Part shown: positions 29,992 to 40,336 of the stretch, one piece after another
Numbering within the stretch: the first letter of the stretch is position 1
Layout of the letters: each line of letters begins with the position of its first letter
Source of the DNA: Candidatus Versatilivorator sp.
GTDB lineage: Bacteria; Acidobacteriota; Terriglobia; Versatilivoradales; Versatilivoraceae
NCBI GenBank assembly: GCA_965207735.1
Contig: OZ242296.1
Location: 2,688,001-2,752,000, forward strand
DNA length: 64,000 nt
Reading direction: 5' to 3'
The notes under the pieces: model-generated
What the model saw: the letters and a program-made list of their open reading frames with translations, nothing else
What the model was told of the DNA's origin: nothing
The model's database searches: none
Translations under genes and position numbers: made by a program

Positions 29992-30591
29992 TCAACCCGT
30001 GGTCCGGTTCATGCAGCCGTGGGCCTGCAGGAAGGTCCGCAACTTCTTGAGACCCCGGTAGTAGTGGTTCCGTATGTTGGACAAGGGTTCTTCCATTTGC
30101 ACGGCAATCTCTTTCAGGAGCAGCCCCTGAAAATAAGCCAGGTCCAGCGTGCGACGCTCCCTTGCCGTCAACGTCTGCAGTCCCTTTTCAATCATCTGGC
30201 CCCAATCCTGATAGGTGAGGCCGTTCCACCCTTTCATGGAGTGGGCAAATTCGTAGTTTTCCAGGTCGGTTTCTTCCGTCGGGTCATAGAAGTTGCGCAA
30301 GGCCAAGTACTTCTGCCGGTTCAGACTTCGGTGATAGGCATACTGCAGTATCCAGGTCTTGGCGCTTCCCTTTTCCGGATTGAAGACTTCAATCCGCCGG
30401 TAAATCTCAATGAATACCTCCTGCATGAGATCTTCCGCTTCGCCCCGATCACGAAGAATCTTGAGCGCCACGCTGAAGACCAGGCGGTAGTATCGGTCGA
30501 ACAGAAGCCCCAGAGCTTCCTGGCGACCCCGCTTGAGCTCATCCATCAGTTCTTCGTCGGTCCTGGTATGGAGCTGTTTGTCTGTCAACAT
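29992..30591 (-). CDS. ECF RNA polymerase sigma factor
   Basis: AEDLMQEVF, region 4 LAYFQG...EIA; adjacent to the anti-sigma gene; start set to ATG 30591. Confidence 0.93.
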   Translation of the reverse strand: MLTDKQLHTRTDEELMDELKRGRQEALGLLFDRYYRLVFSVALKILRDRGEAEDLMQEVFIEIYRRIEVFNPEKGSAKTWILQYAYHRSLNRQKYLALRNFYDPTEETDLENYEFAHSMKGWNGLTYQDWGQMIEKGLQTLTARERRTLDLAYFQGLLLKEIAVQMEEPLSNIRNHYYRGLKKLRTFLQAHGCMNRTTG

Positions 30592-30751
30592 GAACCCGAA
30601 ACCTGGACCGGACCGGAAGCGCCCGGGGCACGGCAGCAGAAGAAACCAACCCACTAAAGTATGCCGCCTGTGCCGGAGGTTTGTATCAACCGGCCGGACT
30701 CGCCACTGGTCCGCATCCCGCGGAACCCTCCGCGGACCGGCCCTTTAATTG

Positions 30752-32221
30752 TCACTCGGACCGTTTTGGAAGGGCAACCACGTCAGCGGTACCGAACCGG
30801 TCCCATCGGGAACGGAACTCCGGATCCGCCCCCGTCACTACCGCAACTGCCCTGGTGGTGCTGAGGTGTGCCTTGGCGGCCCCCTGTACTTCTTCCGCGG
30901 TCAATCTCCGGACATGGTCGCCGAACCGTTCCAGGAAATCCTTGGAAAGAGAAAAGAGTTCCATCTGCGTCAACTCATCGGCAATGGCGACCGGAGATCG
31001 CATCCTCTCACCATGACGGGCGATGAGTTGCGTCTTGGCCGATTCCAGCTCAGCCTCGGAAACCGGCGACTGCTTGAAACTTTCGATGGTTTCCAGAATG
31101 GCCATAAGCGCGCCGGCGGCGGCCTGCTTGGGAACCCTGGCCAACACCTGCAGCATGCCGCCGATACGAAAAAAACGAATGCGACTGTCAAGGAATCGAT
31201 AGTTGATCCGGTGTGCGAGAAACACTCGGCTCAGCCGCGATCCGGTACCGAGTCCTCCCAATAGCAGGTTCAGAACCTCGAGGCTGTAGAAGTCAGTGCT
31301 CAATCGACGGGGAGCCCTGTGGCCGAAGACGATTCCCGCTTCCGTGCCGCCCTCTTCTTCATCCACAAGCTGAATCGACAGACGATCCAACCTCGGGAAA
31401 TCGGGATAGCCGGGCTCCTGAGGATTCCCCTTGGTCCAAGGTCCCAGCTTTTCCCGGGCCGCATCCAGCAGTTCCCGCGCAGGGACGGCGCCAACCACAA
31501 TCAGCGAGGCATCGTTGGGAATGTAGTGGCGACGTCGGAAGTCGTTCATTTCGCGGTACAGGATGGCCTCCGCCTTGTCCGTCCCTCCCGGACCGCTCCC
31601 ATAGGGATGATCCCCGAAGATCGCTCGCCTGAAAGGGCCGCGGGCCAGACCATCCGGGATCCTTCCGGGAGGATCGTCCGTCACCGCCGCATCGCCCCGT
31701 TCGACCTCGTCCTCGAACAGTGGCGGAGCCAGGGCGGCTCCCAGCAGGTCAAGGAAGGTGCGCAAGCGGCGGGGAGGCATACTGGCCCGAAGAATGGTGG
31801 CATCGGGCTGGACATCCACATGCAGTTCGATGCCCAGAACCTGCAGCTCCTTGGTGTCATCAGGAGATTGAACCAGCAACCGGCGGGCCGAAACACCCGC
31901 CAATCCGGCTTTGCCGACCGGGTCAAGGATCGATCCCGACCTGATGAGAAGATTGACGACCAACGGGCCGCCGCCCTGGCGTTGCAAGAGCAGGACTCGC
32001 AAGCCGTTGAGCAATTCGAACCGCTGAACCACTGCCCTTCCTCCGGCGTCAAGACCCCGGACCCCTCCCAGACCGGATTCCGGCGCGGCGCCCAGCAGGA
32101 GTCCGCTCGCCACTCCCGCCACCAGCCAGAGAAACCGGCCGGCGGCCGCAATCCCCCTGCGATCGCACCCGATCCGCCGGGCGATCGGGCTTCGGGACCA
32201 CCCGCGAGAGTAACCTTGCAA
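30752..32221 (-). CDS. M16 peptidase family protein, non-catalytic type (start uncertain)
   Basis: L.NGLRV, DP.GKAGLA, HPYG, Y.PN.A.L.VVG, GSRL; no HxxEH. Confidence 0.8.
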   Translation of the reverse strand: MQGYSRGWSRSPIARRIGCDRRGIAAAGRFLWLVAGVASGLLLGAAPESGLGGVRGLDAGGRAVVQRFELLNGLRVLLLQRQGGGPLVVNLLIRSGSILDPVGKAGLAGVSARRLLVQSPDDTKELQVLGIELHVDVQPDATILRASMPPRRLRTFLDLLGAALAPPLFEDEVERGDAAVTDDPPGRIPDGLARGPFRRAIFGDHPYGSGPGGTDKAEAILYREMNDFRRRHYIPNDASLIVVGAVPARELLDAAREKLGPWTKGNPQEPGYPDFPRLDRLSIQLVDEEEGGTEAGIVFGHRAPRRLSTDFYSLEVLNLLLGGLGTGSRLSRVFLAHRINYRFLDSRIRFFRIGGMLQVLARVPKQAAAGALMAILETIESFKQSPVSEAELESAKTQLIARHGERMRSPVAIADELTQMELFSLSKDFLERFGDHVRRLTAEEVQGAAKAHLSTTRAVAVVTGADPEFRSRWDRFGTADVVALPKRSE

Positions 32222-32662
32222 CGCCTGACCTCCTGACTTGCTGCATCAAGACCCGGTTGAAGCTGCCCGAAACAAACGCCGGAACACCCGGGGGGAGCAA
32301 TGAGACCGCTTGAGCTGCCCCCGACCCCCCGGTCAACATGCTTGTTCCCAGTGTATCAGACCGATAGCCTGGCTGAAAGGCGTCACCCGGGGGCTCGGTT
32401 GACGGGCCGGGATGCTTTCTGATATGAGTATTGGCCACTTCAAGCTTATGTCAGCTCACCCTCATTGCTGCTTGCCTGGTATCGTTCATCCTGCCGCAAG
32501 TGCCGAATTCAAGCCCTTGGACCCCGGCAGGAACGGCTATAGGCTTGCGGCCCCGAAACCGGGATAGAGAGGTGAGGCTGCCGGCTGCGAGAAAACACTT
32601 CCAGGGAAGCGGCTTTCCAGTTGCGACCGGCAGCCGCCGCTGACCTGCCAACCAAGGGAGAC

Positions 32663-33370
32663 ATGCCCAGAACTCAGCCAAAAGCCAAGGTGAGGACTTC
32701 TTCGAAAACGCCGCCGCCCGGGCTCAAGCCGACTCCTGGTTCAAAGTCCGCCGGTTCCAGCGGGAGCGCCACCTCCAAGCAGGCCGTTTCCGCCAAAGCC
32801 GGCAAACCCCAGACCTCACGCCGTTCCAGCTTAAAGAAAACACAGCCGCGGGCTCGATCGATTCACCCGGGCCGGCAAACGCTGATCAAACGGTACGAAG
32901 CGGCAGTTCGTCTGCTCTATCGACAACAATTCGAGCGGGCAATAGAAGCTTTCGAAAAAGTAATCAACACCGACGGTCACGACAAGGAGATCTGCGAACG
33001 AGCTCTGACCCACATCAGGCTGTGCGAAAACAAGATGGCTCGCAGCCGTCCCGCCCCCAAGACCGCGGAAGAACTTTACGACTTCGCCATTACTCTGATA
33101 AACGAGGGCAGGTGCCAGGAGTCCATCAGGTACCTCAACCGGGCGCTGAAGCGAAACCCCGGGTGCGACTACGTGATCTACGCCCTCGCCGTATGCGACT
33201 GTCGGCTGGGAAACAGGGATCGTGCGCTGAGGCACCTCAAGCGGGCCATCGACCTGAAGGCGGAGAACCGCTTCCTGGCCCAACGAGATGCCGACTTCGA
33301 GCCGCTCATGAGGGACTCCCGGTTTGTCTCGCTGGTCTTCCCGGAGGAACCCGCCGCGGCAACTTCTTAG
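32663..33370 (+). CDS. Tetratricopeptide repeat protein with basic low-complexity N-terminus
   Basis: GGGAG RBS before ATG; TPR helices; C-terminal AQRDADF. Confidence 0.8.
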   Translation: MPRTQPKAKVRTSSKTPPPGLKPTPGSKSAGSSGSATSKQAVSAKAGKPQTSRRSSLKKTQPRARSIHPGRQTLIKRYEAAVRLLYRQQFERAIEAFEKVINTDGHDKEICERALTHIRLCENKMARSRPAPKTAEELYDFAITLINEGRCQESIRYLNRALKRNPGCDYVIYALAVCDCRLGNRDRALRHLKRAIDLKAENRFLAQRDADFEPLMRDSRFVSLVFPEEPAAATS

Positions 33371-33400
33371 GCTGCTCGCACCCCCTGCTCTCCAAACTCC

Positions 33401-34453
33401 TTGAACAGCCAATCCTCCCCAGCCATCAGAATCGTCTCCATTGGAGGAGGAACCGGTCTCTCCCGCCTGCTTTCAGGGCTCAAGCATTTTGTCCAGAGCA
33501 GCGATTCCGGTCCGGCTCCCCCGACTCCGGTCATTGAACAACTGACCGCGGTGGTGGCCGTCACCGACGACGGCGGCTCCTCGGGGAGATTGAGGCAGGA
33601 GTTTCAGATACTGCCTCCGGGTGACATCCGCAAATGCATGTTGGCCCTGTCTGAAGACGAATTGCTCATGTCAAAGCTCTTTCATTACCGCTTCAGCGGA
33701 GCGGGAGACCTGAGGGGACACAGTTTTGGAAATCTCTTCCTCACCGCCTTGACAGGGGTCACGGGCGATTTCCTGGAAGCGATTCGGCTGTGCAGCGAAG
33801 TGCTGGCCATCAAGGGGCGCATCCTGCCATCCAGCATGCAAGACATTCGCCTCGCCGCCGAGATGGAGAACGGGGACAGGGTGTCGGGACAATCCTCGAT
33901 AGGCCGAGTGCCGGAACGCATCCGCAAGGTCGCCATCCTTCCCGAATCCCCTGCTCCCCTCCCCGTAACACTCCAGGCCATCCAAGAAGCCGACATCATC
34001 ACCCTGGGACCGGGCTCTCTCTTTACCAGTTTGCTGCCCAACCTGCTGGTGCGTGGGATTCCGGAGGCCATCGCCCGTTCTCAGGCTCTCAAGGTATTCA
34101 TCGGCAACATCATGACCCAGGGGGGAGAGACCCCCGGCTTTACCATGGCGGACCACCTCAAGGCCGTGTGCCGCCACCTGGGGAACTTCCCCTTCGACGT
34201 AGTTCTGTGCAACCACTCCCCTATTCCGGATCGGCAACAGGCCGAATACCGCCAGGAAAGCGCCGAACCGGTCCGTATCGATTTCGATGAACTGGCCCGT
34301 TATGGAGTCCGGGTCCTATCCAGGGACCTGTTGGGCCGGGACAAGAAGGTCAGACACGATCCCCACAAGCTCGCCCTGTCAATATTCGATGCCCGTATGG
34401 CTCTCAATCGCTCCCAACCTTCCCTTCGGCCGTCGGCCTGCGTTCTGACATGA
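33401..34453 (+). CDS. yvcK: YvcK/GlmR family (UPF0052) protein
   Basis: IGGGTGL, DDGGSSG.LR, PPGDIR, GHSFGN, GPGSLFTS, RHD. Confidence 0.92.
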   Translation: MNSQSSPAIRIVSIGGGTGLSRLLSGLKHFVQSSDSGPAPPTPVIEQLTAVVAVTDDGGSSGRLRQEFQILPPGDIRKCMLALSEDELLMSKLFHYRFSGAGDLRGHSFGNLFLTALTGVTGDFLEAIRLCSEVLAIKGRILPSSMQDIRLAAEMENGDRVSGQSSIGRVPERIRKVAILPESPAPLPVTLQAIQEADIITLGPGSLFTSLLPNLLVRGIPEAIARSQALKVFIGNIMTQGGETPGFTMADHLKAVCRHLGNFPFDVVLCNHSPIPDRQQAEYRQESAEPVRIDFDELARYGVRVLSRDLLGRDKKVRHDPHKLALSIFDARMALNRSQPSLRPSACVLT

Positions 34454-35229
34454 ATCCCACCCACGTCCTGATCATGGCGGCCGGGAAGGGCACCCGCCTC
34501 GAATCCTCCCTTCCGAAAGTGCTGCATCCGCTGGCGGGACGGCCACTGATCGAACATGTCCTGCAGACCGTCGAGACCTTGAACCCCGCACAAACTCTGG
34601 TAGTCGTGGGTCACCAGGCCGAGCTGGTCAAGTCAGCGCTCAGGCACCGCGCCGTTGAGTTCGCCGAGCAGGTTCCGCAGCTGGGGACCGGGCATGCCGT
34701 TCAAGTCGCCAGGGACTGGTGGTCAGGCAAATCCGGCAACCTCTTGATCTTATCGGGCGACGTGCCATTGATTTCTGCCGGGACGCTGCGGAAAATGGTA
34801 CAGGTGCACAATCGCACAAGCGCCAGTCTCACCCTGCTCTCGACCAGGCTGGCCGATCCCACCGGATACGGCCGGGTGATTCGGGCGGAGAACGGGAGAG
34901 TTCGGAGTATCGTGGAACAGAAGGAGGCCGGCCCTTGCGAGCTGCAGGTCAAGGAAGTTAACACCGGGCTTTATTGCTTCCGAATTACCGACTTGCTTGA
35001 AGTCATCGAGCGGCTGACCCCCGACAATCGCCAGAACGAGTACTACCTTACCGATTGCGTGGGCCTCTTGAGCCTCCGGGGGAAACCGGTGGAAGCCGTG
35101 GTCTGCGAGGATCGGCTGGAGGTCATGGGAGTCAACAGCCGGATCGATCTGGCTCGCATGGAGAAGCTCCTGAGGGAACGCCGCTCAACAAATCAGCTGA
35201 ATCCGGGACCCGCCGCAATCGATCCTTGA
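34450..35229 (+). CDS. glmU: GlmU-like uridyltransferase domain only (acetyltransferase domain absent)
   Basis: AAGKGTR..S.LPKVLH, QLGTGHAV, GDVP, GYGR, EYYLTD, GVN; ends at IDP after 259 aa. Confidence 0.85.
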   Translation: MNPTHVLIMAAGKGTRLESSLPKVLHPLAGRPLIEHVLQTVETLNPAQTLVVVGHQAELVKSALRHRAVEFAEQVPQLGTGHAVQVARDWWSGKSGNLLILSGDVPLISAGTLRKMVQVHNRTSASLTLLSTRLADPTGYGRVIRAENGRVRSIVEQKEAGPCELQVKEVNTGLYCFRITDLLEVIERLTPDNRQNEYYLTDCVGLLSLRGKPVEAVVCEDRLEVMGVNSRIDLARMEKLLRERRSTNQLNPGPAAIDP

Positions 35230-35241
35230 GGGAAGCGCACT

Positions 35242-37092
35242 ATGTGCGGAATCATCGGCTATGTCGGAAGCATGCCGGCCGTTCCCGTGTTGCTGGACGG
35301 GCTGAAACGCCTTGAGTATCGAGGGTACGATTCGGCCGGAATTGCGGTCATGGGAGACCGTCACCTGCATATTCGCAGGGCTTCGGGCAAGGTAGGAAAG
35401 CTCGAGGAGGCGGTCAGGGACAACCCCTGCGAAGGTACGGTCGGCATCGGACACACCCGCTGGGCAACCCACGGCAGGCCCACCGAAGAAAACGCCCACC
35501 CCCATCGCGACTGCCGGCGGGAGTTCGTGGTGGTCCACAACGGGATCATCGAGAACTACCTGCCCCTCAAGAAAACCCTGGCCGCCGAGGGACATCGATT
35601 CGTCACCGAGACAGACACCGAGGTCATCGCCCACCTGGTCGAAAAACACTATGGGGGCTGCCTGGAGGAAGCGGTCCGCAAGACCGTCGGGGAAATGACC
35701 GGCCTCTACGCTCTGGTGGTGCTGTCCCTGCACGATCCCGGCACGCTGGTCGCCGCCCGCCAGGGTCCGCCGGTTGTCGTCGGCGTCGGCGATGGGGAGT
35801 CCTTTGTAGCCTCGGACATCCCGGCAATCCTGAGGCATACGCGGGACATCGTCTTTCTGGGCGACGGCGATCTGGCCGCCATCAGCCCTACTGAACTCAA
35901 GGTCAGCGATTCTCGCGGCCTATCGGTGAAACCCAGGGTGCAGCGCATCACCTGGGACCCCGTCATGACCGAAAAGGGTGGATTCAAGCATTTCATGCTG
36001 AAGGAAATTCACGAACAGCCCCAAGCCGTACGGGATGCCACCCTGGGGCGTATCTCGCGAGACACCGGGAAGATCATCCTCGACGAAATGAAATTGACCG
36101 AGGAGGATTTCAGGCGGGTGGAGCAGATTCGCCTGATCGGTTGCGGAACCAGTTGGCACGCCGCCCTGGCCGGCAAGTACATGATCGAGGGCCTGGCCCG
36201 GGTGCCGGTTGAAGTGGAGTACGCCTCCGAGTACCGCTACCGGGAACCCATCCTGCCCCCCCACACCCTGGGTGTCCTGATCACCCAGTCGGGAGAAACG
36301 GCGGACACCTTGGCGGCCCAACGGGAAATCAGAAGACTGGGAGCCGCCAACATCGCCATCTGCAACGGCGTGGGAAGCATGATCACCCGTGAGGCCGACG
36401 GCGTTCTCTACACCCATGCCGGGCCGGAGATCGGCGTGGCCGCGACCAAGACCTTCACCACCCAGTTGACATCCCTCTTCCTGCTTGCGCTGTTTCTGGC
36501 CGGTGTGAGGAAAACCGTCACGCCGGTGCAGGCGCAGGCCCTGATCGAAGAGCTGGCCAGGGTGCCTCACATGATGGAGTCCTGCATCGGACAGGCAGCC
36601 CGTCTGGAGGCCCTTGCCAGGCGCCTGTTTCGGAGCGTGCACGTCCTCTTCCTGGGACGCGGCATCCACTTTCCCATCGCCCTGGAAGGCGCGCTCAAGC
36701 TGAAAGAGGTCTCCTACATCCATGCCTCGGGTTACCCGGCAGGGGAAATGAAACATGGCCCCAACGCACTGATCGACGAAGACCTGCCGGTAGTCGTGAT
36801 CGCCACCAGCGAAGCCGGCAACCCCCGGTCCGCCCTCCTCTACGAAAAGACCCTCAGCAACATCAAGGAAGTCAAGGCCAGAGACGGACAGGTCATCTCA
36901 TTGGTGACTCCTGCCGGCACCGAGGCCATCGATGCTTCCGACTTTCATATTGAAGTCCCGCCCAGCACGGACCTCCTGCTTCCCCTTCTGGAGGCCGTTC
37001 CACTCCAGCTTCTGGCCTATTTCATTGCGGTCCGCCGCGGCTGCGACGTGGATCAGCCGCGCAACCTGGCCAAGAGCGTTACCGTGGAATAG
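35242..37092 (+). CDS. glmS: Glutamine--fructose-6-phosphate aminotransferase
   Basis: MCGI, LEYRGYDSAG, HTRWATHG, QSGETADT, PRNLAKSVTVE. Confidence 0.98.
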   Translation: MCGIIGYVGSMPAVPVLLDGLKRLEYRGYDSAGIAVMGDRHLHIRRASGKVGKLEEAVRDNPCEGTVGIGHTRWATHGRPTEENAHPHRDCRREFVVVHNGIIENYLPLKKTLAAEGHRFVTETDTEVIAHLVEKHYGGCLEEAVRKTVGEMTGLYALVVLSLHDPGTLVAARQGPPVVVGVGDGESFVASDIPAILRHTRDIVFLGDGDLAAISPTELKVSDSRGLSVKPRVQRITWDPVMTEKGGFKHFMLKEIHEQPQAVRDATLGRISRDTGKIILDEMKLTEEDFRRVEQIRLIGCGTSWHAALAGKYMIEGLARVPVEVEYASEYRYREPILPPHTLGVLITQSGETADTLAAQREIRRLGAANIAICNGVGSMITREADGVLYTHAGPEIGVAATKTFTTQLTSLFLLALFLAGVRKTVTPVQAQALIEELARVPHMMESCIGQAARLEALARRLFRSVHVLFLGRGIHFPIALEGALKLKEVSYIHASGYPAGEMKHGPNALIDEDLPVVVIATSEAGNPRSALLYEKTLSNIKEVKARDGQVISLVTPAGTEAIDASDFHIEVPPSTDLLLPLLEAVPLQLLAYFIAVRRGCDVDQPRNLAKSVTVE

Positions 37093-37236
37093 CCCGGCGG
37101 CCTGCCGAGGATTCGGCTTCGGGCAACAGGGCAATACGGTTGTCACCCCACGGGATGGCGCTATAATCAATACCATTGATCGTAAGACCCACTCCCGGGA
37201 CGGCATGGACGAAGCCTTTCCGGCAGGACAATTCCC

Positions 37237-38724
37237 ATGAGTCGACCCAGGACGCTAGGCGAGTTGAAAGGAACCGGATGGGCGGCTCCCGGGATGCGGC
37301 GACGTACGGTCAAGGAGGAAATGCGGGCCAATGTCATCGGCCAACTGCAGGCGGGAACCCGTCTGTTTCCAGGGATAATGGGGTATGACGACTCGGTGGT
37401 TCCCCAGGTGGTCAACGCCATTCTGTCCCGCCACAACCTGATTCTTCTGGGGTTGCGCGGGCAGGCCAAGTCCAGGATTCTGCGGGGACTCACCCAGTTT
37501 CTGGACGAAGAAATTCCGGTCATGGCCGGCTGCGAGATCAATGACAATCCCTTCAGCCCCCACTGCCGTGCCTGCCGCACCCTAGCGGAAGAGATGGGAG
37601 ACGAGGCGCCCGTCTCCTTTTTGCCCAGGGAAGCCCGCTACGTGGAGAAGCTGGCCACGCCCGACGTGACCATTGCCGACATGATCGGGGATGTCGATCC
37701 CATCCGCGCCGCTCGCAGTGGGCTTAACCTCGCCGACGAGTTGACCATCCACTACGGCCTGCTTCCACGAGCCAACCGGGGCCTGTTTGCCATCAACGAG
37801 CTTCCCGACCTGGCCGGGAAAATCCAGGTTGGCCTTTTCAACATTCTGCAGGAGGGGGATGTCCAGATCAAAGGCTACCCCGTGCGTTTCGAGCTGGACG
37901 TGGCGATGGTCTTTACGGCCAATCCCGAGGATTACACCGCACGCGGAAAAATCATTACTCCATTGAAGGATCGCATTGGCGCCGAAGTGAGAACCCACTA
38001 TCCGGTCGCTCTCAAGGAAGGCATCCGGATCACCGAGCAGGAAGCCTGGCTGGAACGCCCCGGGAGCGGAAACCGATTGCGAGTTCCCCGCTTCATCCGG
38101 GAAGTGGTCGAGACCATCGCCTTTCTGGCCCGCCGAGACAAGAAGGTGGACAAACGCTCGGGAGTGAGTCAGCGGCTGCCCATCACCGTCATGGAGAACG
38201 TGGTTTCCAACGCCGAGCGCCGCTGCATCGCCAGCGGAGAAAAGAAGATCGTCCCTCGCGTCAGCGACGTTTACGCTTCCCTGCCTTCCATGACCGGCAA
38301 GCTGGAACTGGAGTACGAAGGGGAGTTGCAGGGCGCCGAGAAGGTGGCCCAGGACCTGGTAAGCGGCGCCGTGGGAAAGGTTTTTTCTCGATACTACGAT
38401 GCGGCGGACCTGCAGCAAATCGTGGACTGGTTCGATCTGGGGGGAGCCCTGAAGCTTTCAGACACCGACTCGACGAGCGAAGCCTTCGGTCAACTCAACC
38501 AGATTCAGGGACTGGTGGAAAAGACATCCTCTCTGGAACCGCGCCGGAAAGGACGGAAAGACGTTGCATTCCTGGTTTCCGGCTGCGAGTTCGTCCTGGA
38601 CGGGCTTCATGCCCTGCGCAAAATCGATCGCAGCGAGCAGAAGGGTTACTTCGCTTCGGAAAAAAAGAGGCCGCAGGCCTTCATCGACGACCAGCCCGCT
38701 CGCCGGCGGCGATCCTTCAACTAG
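37237..38724 (+). CDS. AAA+ ATPase, magnesium-chelatase-like
   Basis: Variant Walker A GLRGQAKS, INELPDL, ANPEDYT.RG; paired with a VWA gene. Confidence 0.88.
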   Translation: MSRPRTLGELKGTGWAAPGMRRRTVKEEMRANVIGQLQAGTRLFPGIMGYDDSVVPQVVNAILSRHNLILLGLRGQAKSRILRGLTQFLDEEIPVMAGCEINDNPFSPHCRACRTLAEEMGDEAPVSFLPREARYVEKLATPDVTIADMIGDVDPIRAARSGLNLADELTIHYGLLPRANRGLFAINELPDLAGKIQVGLFNILQEGDVQIKGYPVRFELDVAMVFTANPEDYTARGKIITPLKDRIGAEVRTHYPVALKEGIRITEQEAWLERPGSGNRLRVPRFIREVVETIAFLARRDKKVDKRSGVSQRLPITVMENVVSNAERRCIASGEKKIVPRVSDVYASLPSMTGKLELEYEGELQGAEKVAQDLVSGAVGKVFSRYYDAADLQQIVDWFDLGGALKLSDTDSTSEAFGQLNQIQGLVEKTSSLEPRRKGRKDVAFLVSGCEFVLDGLHALRKIDRSEQKGYFASEKKRPQAFIDDQPARRRRSFN

Positions 38725-38726
38725 CC

Positions 38727-39983
38727 GTGAAGAACGTCAAATACTCCAAGTATACGGGGCTGGATTGGGACTCCCTGAGTCTGGAGGAGCTGCTCAACCA
38801 CCTCTCCGACTTCCTGCTGCAAAGTGGCTACTACCAGAACCCCAACGGCCCGCACCCCTTCGATCGGGACCACGACCTGCAGAACCTTCACGACGCCATC
38901 CTGGAAGCCCTGCTCAACCAGGACATGCTGTCCGACGAGTTGCTAGAAAAGCTGATGGAAGGATCCGGCGAGGACCTGGAAGAAAAGCTGTCCGAGTTGG
39001 TTCAGAAACTGATCGAACGCCTGGAGGAAGAGGGATACCTCTCCTATTCCGAGAACCAGCCGGCCGAGGGCGGTGTTCCAAATCCCGGACCGGGCCACGA
39101 GAGCGGCCAAGCCGGCCAGGTTCGCTTCGAGATGACCAACAAGAGCCTCGACTTTCTGGGGTACAGGACTCTGAAGGACCTGCTGGGCTCCCTGGGGCGA
39201 AGCCAGTTCGGGCGGCACGACACCCGGGAGATGTCTACCGGAATCGAAGCCAGCGGAGCCTCCCGGCACTATGAATTCGGAGACACCCTGAACCTGGACG
39301 TCAGCGGCACGCTGCTGCAGGCCGTCCGGCGCGAGGGACTGGGAACACCCCTGAAGCTGGACTACCCCGACCTGCTGATCCATCAATCGGAGTACCAGAG
39401 TTCATGCGCCACCGTCCTGATGCTGGACTGCAGCCACAGCATGATTCTCTACGGGGAAGACCGCTTCACCCCGGCCAAGCGCGTGGCCATGGCCCTGGCC
39501 CATCTGATTCGGACCCAGTACCCCGGGGACTCCCTCAACCTGGTCCTGTTCCACGACTCGGCGGAGGAGCTTCCCCTGAGCCAACTGGCCCGGGTCCAGG
39601 TGGGCCCCTACTACACCAACACCTGCGAAGGGCTGCGCCTGGCCCAACGCATCCTGGCCCGACAGAGGAAGGACATGAAGCAGATCGTCATGATCACCGA
39701 CGGCAAGCCTTCGGCCCTCACCCGGGAAGACGGCCGGATCTACAAGAATTCCTTCGGCCTGGACCCGGTGGTGGTCCATGAGACCATGCGAGAGGTCGCC
39801 GCTTGCCGCAGGTCGGGCATCATGATCAACACCTTCATGCTGGCCAGGGATTACGAACTGGTCAGCTTCGTCAAGAAGGTCACCGAGATCTGCCGGGGCA
39901 AAGCCTACTTCACCACTCCCTACACCCTGGGCCAATACCTGCTGCTGGACTACATGCAGAACAAGGTCAAGACCATCCACTGA
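38727..39983 (+). CDS. VWA domain protein, partner of the AAA+ ATPase
   Basis: MIDAS DCSHS, YYTNT, ITDG.P; 2-bp gap after the ATPase. Confidence 0.88.
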   Translation: MKNVKYSKYTGLDWDSLSLEELLNHLSDFLLQSGYYQNPNGPHPFDRDHDLQNLHDAILEALLNQDMLSDELLEKLMEGSGEDLEEKLSELVQKLIERLEEEGYLSYSENQPAEGGVPNPGPGHESGQAGQVRFEMTNKSLDFLGYRTLKDLLGSLGRSQFGRHDTREMSTGIEASGASRHYEFGDTLNLDVSGTLLQAVRREGLGTPLKLDYPDLLIHQSEYQSSCATVLMLDCSHSMILYGEDRFTPAKRVAMALAHLIRTQYPGDSLNLVLFHDSAEELPLSQLARVQVGPYYTNTCEGLRLAQRILARQRKDMKQIVMITDGKPSALTREDGRIYKNSFGLDPVVVHETMREVAACRRSGIMINTFMLARDYELVSFVKKVTEICRGKAYFTTPYTLGQYLLLDYMQNKVKTIH

Positions 39984-40094
39984 CCACCAGCCATCGGTCT
40001 TCCGGAAGCGTTCCCCCCCCACCGCGCTCCTGGATTCAACTGGATTTCGCCGAAACGAACATGCTATAAGGTCGGTCCCACGTCCCACCCCCTC

Positions 40095-40186
<92 letters not shown>

Positions 40187-40336
40187 TTTTATAAATAAGT
40201 CATTAAGTAGCAATAATTTACATTCTATTCAGTCGCACCTGATTCCCCATATAGTCCCCCAACCGTTGCCGCGTTTATACTCGGAAGTATCCGTAGATCT
40301 TTTTCTCGTCCCAGTAATTCAAGGCACTTTGGGTGA

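Noticed and set aside
28514-30690. Shared GGCATACT motif upstream of the ECF sigma and TBDR genes as an ECF promoter
   Set aside because: Spacing to the upstream AAACC element differs between the two sites, so no consistent -35/-10 pair emerges.
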